DNA from: an uncultured Chloroflexia bacterium
GTDB taxonomy: Bacteria > Chloroflexota > Anaerolineae > Anaerolineales > Anaerolineaceae
Assembly: GCA_963704755.1 (NCBI GenBank)
Contig: OY969938.1
Coordinates: 3,330,001-3,362,000, forward strand
Reading direction: 5' to 3'
DNA length: 32,000 nt
Shown: positions 26,148 through 32,000 of the stretch, piece after piece
Layout of the letters: each line of letters begins with the position of its first letter
How positions within the stretch are numbered: the first letter of the stretch is position 1
Program-made: the position numbers and the translations under genes
Notes under the pieces: model-generated
Database searches by the model: none
The model's input: only the letters and a program-made list of their open reading frames with translations
What the model was told of the DNA's origin: nothing

Positions 26148-26235
26148 CTACAACGGTAGGTGAAATGACCATACTGATCACCACGGTGATCATCAGCAAA
26201 AATGAAAAAATGTTCTTTCCTGTAAGCTTGCTCAT
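26080..26235 (-). other. Out-of-frame signal-peptide ORF belonging to the protease gene
   Basis: AAGGAG lies 6 nt before ATG 26235. The ORF reads MSKLTGKNIFSFLLMITVVISMVISPTVVAAQD.., a typical Sec signal, and stops at 26080 in a different frame from the protease body. Confidence 0.6.
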
Positions 26236-26799
26236 GTCTTCTCCTTTATGCAGCCCTGTAGCTCAGGTTTGCACATAACGTGAGTTGAGGTTCAGAATAA
26301 GAACAGACCAGAATTCCAAGGCGGGTTTCCAGGCCAGCCAGGAATACTGTGCAGGCTAAACGAACCTGCGCAGAAAATTTCTCCCCTAATAGACTGTTAG
26401 AGGATTGGTTGGATTGTGCAATGCCCGGGTTTTGGATCGAATGGGTTACCCCATCGTATACATTGACTACAAAACCCCGGCGCCCGGTCAGGTCAAGATG
26501 TTATTGTCCAGCCTGAACTCAGGTTGGACTGGGTGAAGTGTTTACCGGTAGAAAAAGCAAAGGATCAGCTACTTTGGACGGGTTTTACCAAAAGGTCGTT
26601 CGATTTTGGGTCGAAACGACCGGCTGAGATCCCTGGATTGGTGATTTAAATGATAGTTGTGATGGGGGGCCCGCTGCGATTGTTAAAATTTACATTTATT
26701 ATCGACGAAATCATAATTGATGTCAAGCCAATCAAACAAAACGAACAGGTCGATTGCAGCCTGCCCGCATTTCGAGGGCAATTCCCTAAAAAATGGGTA

Positions 26800-26842
26800 T
26801 TTGAGTGTTATTGTGGGGTGTAGCCCCACAATAACACTCAAA
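26800..26842 (-). terminator. Intrinsic terminator of the UPF0173 hydrolase gene
   Basis: Perfect 19-bp stem (TTTGAGTGTTATTGTGGGG-N5-CCCCACAATAACACTCAAA). On the minus strand it is followed by ATACCCATTTTTT. Confidence 0.65.
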
Positions 26843-26941
26843 ATTATCTCTCTGTTGGGACTAAATTGGCATGATGCGATTGCCCTGCAAAACGAATGGG
26901 AATATCCATTAAATGGTATAGCCGGGCTGAGACCGGGAAAA

Positions 26942-27625
26942 TTACAGGCTGTAACTTTCACCGGGCTTGATCAAATGCACCCTGGCTTTGGTCTCTTTTT
27001 CTACCCGTTCGGCCCAGCTTTTTCCATCCTGGGTAATGACCGGGTAGGTGTTGTAGTGGATGGGTACTACGTTTTTGGGTTCGATGAATTTGACCGCCCG
27101 CAGGGCGTCGTCCGGCCCCATGGTGAAGTTGTCGCCGATGGGCAGGACGGCCAGGTCGATGCCTTCTTCACCGATCAGGCGCATATCACCGAACAGGCCG
27201 GTGTCGCCGGCCAGGTAGACCTTTTGTTTGTCGTTGGTGGTGAGCAGAAAACCGGCCGGGTTGCCCCCGTTCGAGCCGTCCGGCAGAACGGAGCCGTGCA
27301 GGGCCTGGGTCAATTTGAGGTAGCCGAAGGGATGAGTATAGCCGCCGCCGATATGTTGGGCGTGGGTACGAATGCCTTTCGCCGCAAACCAGCCGGCGAT
27401 CTCGAAATTGCTGATGACCATGGCGTTGGTCCGCTTGGCGATTTCGACGCTATCGCCCACATGGTCGCTGTGCCCATGGGTGATCAGGATAAAGTCGGCC
27501 TCGACGTTTTCTGGATGGATGCTGGCCGCAGGGTTATCGCTCAGAAACGGGTCGACCAAAATATGAAAGCCGGCCGTTTCCAGTCCCAGAGCCGAATGGC
27601 CGTACCAGGTTAATACGAAGCCCAT
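26942..27625 (-). CDS. UPF0173-type metal-dependent hydrolase (MBL fold)
   Basis: 227 aa with THGHSDH motif. AAGGAG lies 7 nt upstream. Confidence 0.85.
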   Translation of the reverse strand: MGFVLTWYGHSALGLETAGFHILVDPFLSDNPAASIHPENVEADFILITHGHSDHVGDSVEIAKRTNAMVISNFEIAGWFAAKGIRTHAQHIGGGYTHPFGYLKLTQALHGSVLPDGSNGGNPAGFLLTTNDKQKVYLAGDTGLFGDMRLIGEEGIDLAVLPIGDNFTMGPDDALRAVKFIEPKNVVPIHYNTYPVITQDGKSWAERVEKETKARVHLIKPGESYSL

Positions 27626-27707
27626 TTTGATATTCTCCTTTTTTGTCCACGCGGGTTTTCATCCCCTATCCGTGCGGGCAGAACTGCGCTTGCTAAAACC
27701 GGCCGAA

Positions 27708-27905
27708 TTATTTGCCGAGGAAGTTTTCCAGGCCTTTGGTCAGCCCACCAAGGGCGCCTTTTTCGTTCACAAACGAATCGATCTGACCGGCCAGGGGTTC
27801 GGGCAGCTTCTGTTTGACGTAATTCAGCACCGTCTCGACGGCCGTGCGGGCCACATCTTCGCTAAGGTTGGTTTTTTTCATCACGAGTTCGACTAGTTCG
27901 TTCAT
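27708..27905 (-). CDS. Small helical hypothetical protein
   Basis: 65-aa ORF with a TATAAT box about 80 nt upstream on the minus strand. No family assignment possible from sequence alone. Confidence 0.45.
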   Translation of the reverse strand: MNELVELVMKKTNLSEDVARTAVETVLNYVKQKLPEPLAGQIDSFVNEKGALGGLTKGLENFLGK

Positions 27906-28040
27906 ATGAGGTTCCTATCTGTAACTCCAAGGATATTAATTATCGGTTTTGTCTATATTATAGTGCCAGCGTGGGTAAAATAAAAGTGATTTAGGGGTTG
28001 TTTAGTCAGAAATTTTATTTTTTGTTTGGTTTAATATTGA

Positions 28041-29110
28041 TGCTCGGGTTGGAAACCCGAGAGAGCTAATCTAACCGGGAGCCTGGTGTTCTAGAGTGGG
28101 TGCTTGTCGATTTACCCCGAGGGCACGCCGGCCCGGCAGAATTTCGTCTGGGGAACAGGCTTTCGCCGAAAGTGAGACCCACGAAGGTGGGTCTTTGTGT
28201 ATTTGTAGGTGCAGCTTGAACTGCTGGTTGGACTTGGAAAGCTAGGCTACGGGACCGGCCGGCGACCGAGGTCGCGGCAACAAAAACACGAAGCCCGGCC
28301 TGCGCCGGGCTCAGGGTTGGTGGGCGATCTGGCCCGGATGGAGACCCACGAAGGTGGGGCTTTGTGTACGTGTAGGTGCAGCTTGAACTGCTGTGTGGAA
28401 AACGTGGCTCGGGTTTCAAACCCTAGGGAACGCGTGCCCGTTGGCGACCGAGGTCGCGGCAACAAAAACACGAAGCCCGGCCTGCGCCGGGCTCAAGGTT
28501 GGTGGGCGATCAGGCCCGGATGGAGGCCCACGAAGGTGGGTCTTTGTGTATGTGTAGGTGCAGCTTGAACTGCTGGTTGGACTTGGAAAGCCGGGCTACG
28601 GGACCGGCCGGCGACCGAGGACGCAGCAACAAAAACACGAAGCCCGGCCTTCGCCGGGCTCGAGGTTGGTGGGCGATCTGGCCCGGATGGAGACCCACGA
28701 AGGTGGGGCCTTGTGTACGTGTAGGTGCAGCTTGAACTGCTGTGTGGAAAACGTGGCTCGGGTTTCAATCCCGAGGGAACGCCTGCCCGCCGGCGACCGA
28801 GGTCGCGGCAACAAAAACACAAAGCCCGGCCTACGCCGGGCTCAAGGTTGAAGGGCGATCTGGCCCGGATGGAGACCCACGAAGGTGGGTCTTTGTGTAC
28901 GTGTAGGTGCAGCTTGAACTGCTGTATGGAAAACGTGGCCTGGGTTTCAAACTTGAGGGATCGCCTGCCCGTTGGCGACCGAGGTCGCGGCAACAAAAAC
29001 ACGAAGCCCGGCCTACGCCGGGCTCAAGGTTGAAGGGCGATCTGGCCCGGATGGAGACCCACGAAGGTGGGTCTTTGTGTACGTGTAGGTGCAGCTTTTG
29101 CTGCTTTCCT
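28041..29110. repeat. Tandem array of 167-nt (type A) and 182-nt (type B) units, order A-B-A-B-B plus a truncated sixth and a degenerate leading unit
   Basis: Unit starts (GAGACCCACGAAGG) are at 28174, 28341, 28523, 28690, 28872 and 29054. Each unit carries AGACCCAC-GAAG-GTGGGTCT, GCGAC-CGAG-GTCGC and AGCCCGGC-CTNC-GCCGGGCT hairpins. Confidence 0.9.
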
Positions 29111-29135
29111 GAAATCCTGCATGTAAATTAAAACC

Positions 29136-29173
29136 GGCGGGGGCCGGTAAACCTGCGTTTACCAGCCCCCGCC
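29136..29173 (-). terminator. Terminator downstream of the YceI gene
   Basis: 17-bp stem with 1 mismatch (GGCGGGGGCCGGTAAAC-CTGC-GTTTACCAGCCCCCGCC). On the minus strand it is followed by GGTTTTAATTT. Confidence 0.6.
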
Positions 29174-29295
29174 ATAACCGAGTGACTCGACAGTGATCTT
29201 ACCAGATTTTGCTTGCAGATGCTAATTACAATATCGTGAACGGCGTATATGGGATGGGCCGGCCTTGCCGGCTCATCCCATATTTACACGCTCGC

Positions 29296-29844
29296 TCAGG
29301 CCGTTTGGGCCACTTCGGCGACGGTCTCCTGGATGATTTCCAACTCGATGGCGATCTTGATCGAGTCGCCAACCAGCCAGCCACCGGTTTCCAGGGCGAC
29401 ATTCCATTCCAGGCCCCAATCTTTGCGATTGATGGTGGTCACGGCGCTGAAGCCGGCGCTGTAACTGCCGAATGGGCTCTTGATCTTGCCGTTATATTCG
29501 GTATCCAGGACCACTTCGCGGGTAACGCCGCGGATGCTCAGATCGCCGATGATGCGGCCGTGGTTATCGTCCACTACCTCGACCCGTTTGCTCTTGAAGG
29601 TGAGGTATGGGAATTTTTCTGCATCGAAGAAATCCGCGGAGCGCAGGTGCGCATCCCGTTTTTCCTCTTTGGTATTGATGCTGGCCGCTTCGATTTGGAC
29701 CTCAACGGACGAAGCCGCGGGGTTCTCTTCGTTGAAATCGAGCGTACCGGCAAAGTTTTCAAACTGTCCGCGCACGTTGGAAATCATCATGTGGCGTACA
29801 GTAAAGTTGATTTCTGAATGGGCTGAATCGATTTTCCAAGACAT
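29296..29844 (-). CDS. YceI family (polyisoprenoid-binding) protein
   Basis: 182 aa starting MSWKIDSAHSEINFTVRHMMISNVRGQF, the typical YceI N-terminus. Confidence 0.85.
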   Translation of the reverse strand: MSWKIDSAHSEINFTVRHMMISNVRGQFENFAGTLDFNEENPAASSVEVQIEAASINTKEEKRDAHLRSADFFDAEKFPYLTFKSKRVEVVDDNHGRIIGDLSIRGVTREVVLDTEYNGKIKSPFGSYSAGFSAVTTINRKDWGLEWNVALETGGWLVGDSIKIAIELEIIQETVAEVAQTA

Positions 29845-29944
29845 AGTTTTGATGCTCCTTTAGCAATGAAAATTACGATAAGTTAAAATGCATGTTTAAA
29901 TCATTCAACATTGAAATGAATGAGCAAAAAAAAGAGACCTTGCC

Positions 29945-30388
29945 TTACTGCCGGCCCAATTTCCGCAGCATCCGGCCAAGTTCTTTTTGCTCTTCGTGGG
30001 ATAAGATCGAAAACTCCTGGGCAACTGCGGCCGCGTGAAGCGGAAAGATCTCGTCGATCATCTGTTGACCCGCGACCGTCAGCACAATCCGGCTGACCCG
30101 GCGGTCATTTGGATCCGCCTGGCGCTGGACCAGCCCACGTTTTTCCAGGTTATCGATCACCATGGTAATGTTCCCATTGCTTTTCAGCAATTTACCCGCC
30201 ATCTCACACTGAGACATCGACCCCAGGTGCCGCAGCACTTCCAAAACACCAAATTGGGTTTCGGTCAGGTCGCCCATTGTGCCGCGTTGGTTCAAACGAC
30301 TGGATACAGAATTTGCCGCTCGGGTCAATTTGATCCAGGCGTTCAACGCGTCTACTTCTGCTGGCGTGCCCTCGTAATGAGTTGGCAT
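29945..30388 (-). CDS. MarR family transcriptional regulator
   Basis: 147-aa winged-HTH pattern (..EMAGKLLKSNGNITMVIDNLEKRGLVQRQADPNDRRVSRIVLT..). It lies upstream of the YceI gene on the same strand. Confidence 0.85.
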   Translation of the reverse strand: MPTHYEGTPAEVDALNAWIKLTRAANSVSSRLNQRGTMGDLTETQFGVLEVLRHLGSMSQCEMAGKLLKSNGNITMVIDNLEKRGLVQRQADPNDRRVSRIVLTVAGQQMIDEIFPLHAAAVAQEFSILSHEEQKELGRMLRKLGRQ

Positions 30389-30425
30389 TTTTTTTTGCTT
30401 TCAATATCAAATAATTCTATGTCAA

Positions 30426-30454
30426 ATATTATCAACTTTGTCTGGATTTGTCAA
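30426..30454 (-). promoter_or_regulatory. Sigma70-type promoter for MarR-YceI (TTGACA-N17-TAATAT)
   Basis: Minus strand has TTGACA at 30454-30449 and TAATAT at 30431-30426. Confidence 0.55.
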
Positions 30455-30486
30455 GCGGTTCTGGGTAATTCTAACACAACTCAGAT

Positions 30487-30508
30487 AAACGGAATCCGGA
30501 TTCCGTTT
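30487..30508. repeat. 22-nt perfect palindrome
   Basis: AAACGGAATCCGGATTCCGTTT. Confidence 0.9.
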
Positions 30509-30536
30509 GGGTCTCTGGGATCTCCAGTAGAAGAGG

Positions 30537-30589
30537 GTATATGTGGGGGTTATTCGTGCGATTCGCGCACGAATAACCCCCACATATAC
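30537..30589. repeat. Perfect 24-bp stem hairpin
   Basis: GTATATGTGGGGGTTATTCGTGCG-ATTCG-CGCACGAATAACCCCCACATATAC. Confidence 0.9.
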
Positions 30590-30675
30590 AACCTATTCCG
30601 GCGATTCCCACAGAGCCTCCTTTTTTCAATTAACCCAGGTTGGCGCCTGCTTACCCCCCCCAGAAAGAGAAAATG

Positions 30676-30712
30676 GCGTGTTTTTGAGGCACTCTGTGCC
30701 TCAAAAACACGC
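30676..30712. repeat. Perfect 17-bp stem hairpin
   Basis: GCGTGTTTTTGAGGCAC-TCT-GTGCCTCAAAAACACGC. A T-rich tract follows on the minus strand. Confidence 0.9.
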
Positions 30713-30828
30713 TAAATCTTCCAAGAAGATGGATCTATTTGCAAGATCGCAACTTGAGTTAAGTAGAGGTTACTCTCTTTTTTAAAATTATTGTCTGGTC
30801 AACCCGATATTTTTAAGGTTGATTCTCT

Positions 30829-30856
30829 TTGATAATCGCGCTGTATGGCTTATAAT
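30829..30856 (+). promoter_or_regulatory. Near-consensus sigma70 promoter (TTGATA-N16-TATAAT)
   Basis: TTGATA at 30829-30834 and TATAAT at 30851-30856, reading toward the RACo-like gene. Confidence 0.55.
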
Positions 30857-31083
30857 AGCTGCGTCCCCCAGACCAAAACCAGTACTTGCGAAAATTTACG
30901 TCTGGCCGGCCGTTAGAGCCTGGCGTCAGACCTGTCTGCCTGAACGTCGCATTTGTCCATATTCTAGCGGTAAGCTGACAAAAATATATCCAGAAGGTTC
31001 CCGGAATAAACAAGCGGAAACCTATCCGGCTTTTATTGTTTATTGTTTTGCTTCGCGGTAATTGATCAGCAGAGAACAAACAC

Positions 31084-32000
31084 TTGAATTCTACACGCCT
31101 ATCCCCACAATCTGAGTCCTCTGACGCCTCTGAGTATAAAGTTGTTTTTCAACCTTCCGGGCGCAGCGGCAAGATTCCGGACGGGATGACGCTGCGCGAA
31201 GCGGCGCAACGGCTGGGGGTTGGCATCGAGTCAACCTGCGGCGGCCAGGAAATTTGCGCCAAATGCCAGGTCATCATCGAAGAAGGCGAGTTCCCCAAGC
31301 ATGGCTTGATTTCCAGCCAAGATCACGTTACACCGCCTAACGAGCAAGAAAAACGCCTGGCGCGAATTAAGCACTTGCGCCCGGGCGTACGCCTGGCCTG
31401 TATTGCCCGGGTAACCGGTGACTTGCTGGTCAGCATTCCCGAGTACGCCCAGGCCCAAAAACAAATCGTGGTCAAATCTGCCGGCGAGCGAGTGATCCCA
31501 ATCGATCCGATCATCCGGACGCTGTTCGTCAAGTTACCGCCAGCCAGGATCGATGACCGGTCCGATCAGGAGCGCATCCTGGCCCTGGTGACCGAACGTT
31601 ATGGCCTGGAAGGGCTGGTTTTCGATTATCCGGCGCTGCAAGCCTTGCCGATAGCGGTCCGGGCCGGCAAGGGCGACCTGACCCTGACCGTCTGGGACGA
31701 ACGTTTCATTCTACGGGTACAACCCGGCCTGCACGACCGGCCGATCGGGTTGGCGGTCGATATTGGCTCGACCACTCTGGCCGCATACCTGTGCGACTTG
31801 CACAGCGGCGAGCTGCTGGCGACCACCTCGGCGATGAACCCACAGGTCTCCTTTGGCGATGACATCATGTCGCGTATTTCCTACGCCAACGAGGCCGAAA
31901 ATGGCCGCGACCAGCTCCAGCTTTCGGTCGTCCAGGCGATCAATGCGCTGGGTGAGCAGGCCGCATTCGAGGCCGGGGTGGAACCGGAGGATATCGTGGA
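31084..32000 (+). CDS. 2Fe-2S ferredoxin domain / ASKHA (DUF4445) protein, RACo-like corrinoid reductive activator; partial
   Basis: Not in the ORF track because it runs off the window. The frame is open from 31066. It reads YKVVFQPSGRSGKIPDGMTLREAAQRLGVGIESTCGGQEICAKCQV..LACIARV (plant-type 2Fe-2S), then AVDIGSTTLAAYLCDL (ASKHA phosphate-1 motif). The start is uncertain; TTG 31084 is the only candidate upstream of the domain. Confidence 0.75.
   Translation, partial: MNSTRLSPQSESSDASEYKVVFQPSGRSGKIPDGMTLREAAQRLGVGIESTCGGQEICAKCQVIIEEGEFPKHGLISSQDHVTPPNEQEKRLARIKHLRPGVRLACIARVTGDLLVSIPEYAQAQKQIVVKSAGERVIPIDPIIRTLFVKLPPARIDDRSDQERILALVTERYGLEGLVFDYPALQALPIAVRAGKGDLTLTVWDERFILRVQPGLHDRPIGLAVDIGSTTLAAYLCDLHSGELLATTSAMNPQVSFGDDIMSRISYANEAENGRDQLQLSVVQAINALGEQAAFEAGVEPEDIV

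Noticed and set aside
28395-28425. tRNA T-arm-like hairpins (CTCGGG-TTTCAAT-CCCGAG) in type B units.
   Set aside because: There is no acceptor, D or anticodon arm in the context, and the stem is 6 bp. This is not a tRNA or tRNA fragment.
28041-29110. Possible CRISPR array, given regularly spaced GC-rich hairpin repeats.
   Set aside because: The segments between the hairpins are themselves repeated from unit to unit, so there are no unique spacers. The unit length of 167/182 nt is far larger than a repeat-spacer period, and no cas genes are nearby.
28066-29131. About ten overlapping 60-170-aa ORFs on both strands with repetitive peptides (e.g. MFLLPRPRSPTG..).
   Set aside because: They are generated by the tandem repeat. 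The unit lengths are not multiples of 3, so the frame changes from unit to unit. There are no SD sequences, and the composition is Arg/Pro/Gly-rich, typical of non-coding GC-rich DNA.
30813-31079. 88-aa minus-strand ORF and 80-aa plus-strand ORF in the leader region.
   Set aside because: Both have Trp/Arg-rich implausible translations and no SD. The region is better explained as a non-coding leader downstream of the consensus promoter.
30860-31083. Cobalamin riboswitch upstream of the RACo-like gene.
   Set aside because: GCGTCAGACCTGTCTGCC only loosely resembles the B12 box. I could not find the conserved GGGAA / GCCACTG elements by eye. I left it as an unclassified leader pending a covariance-model search.

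Overview
GC-rich bacterial window. Genes are Shine-Dalgarno-led and the gene content looks Chloroflexota-like (low confidence). It falls into three parts. (1) 1-17.6 kb is a mosaic accessory region. It holds MarR-MFS-MBL hydrolase, an ECF sigma/membrane protein/ABC-2 exporter operon, a nonsense-interrupted nucleotidyltransferase pair, a YcxB-like gene, an AhpD/CMD-like gene, a decayed DUF559 gene, a SAM methyltransferase, DUF3795, a WYL regulator/alpha-beta hydrolase pair and an AT-rich AraC/NmrA pair. These modules are separated by same-orientation copies of a ~105-nt unit. The unit is a start-less mimic of the last 11-17 codons of the DUF35 gene (..YGYKFxPxxx*) plus a conserved terminator hairpin, and the intact DUF35 gene sits at the head of the array. 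I read this as serial insertion of integrase-less modules into the 3' end of DUF35; this is the main finding and it is an inference. (2) 17.65-26.2 kb is core. It carries class II HMG-CoA reductase, archaeal-type HMG-CoA synthase, thiolase and DUF35 (early mevalonate pathway), interrupted by a 75-nt perfect palindrome and a ~345-nt GTGTC-rich foldback. A subtilase of more than 1200 aa (S8 with PA domain) follows, and its signal peptide is out of frame. (3) 26.8-32 kb holds a UPF0173-type MBL hydrolase, a small helical protein, a ~1.06-kb tandem array of 167/182-nt hairpin-rich non-coding units (candidate structured RNA array), YceI-MarR, a cluster of perfect palindromes, and a partial 2Fe-2S/ASKHA (RACo-like) gene behind a consensus promoter and long leader. 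I recognised no rRNA, tRNA, CRISPR, transposase or integrase.
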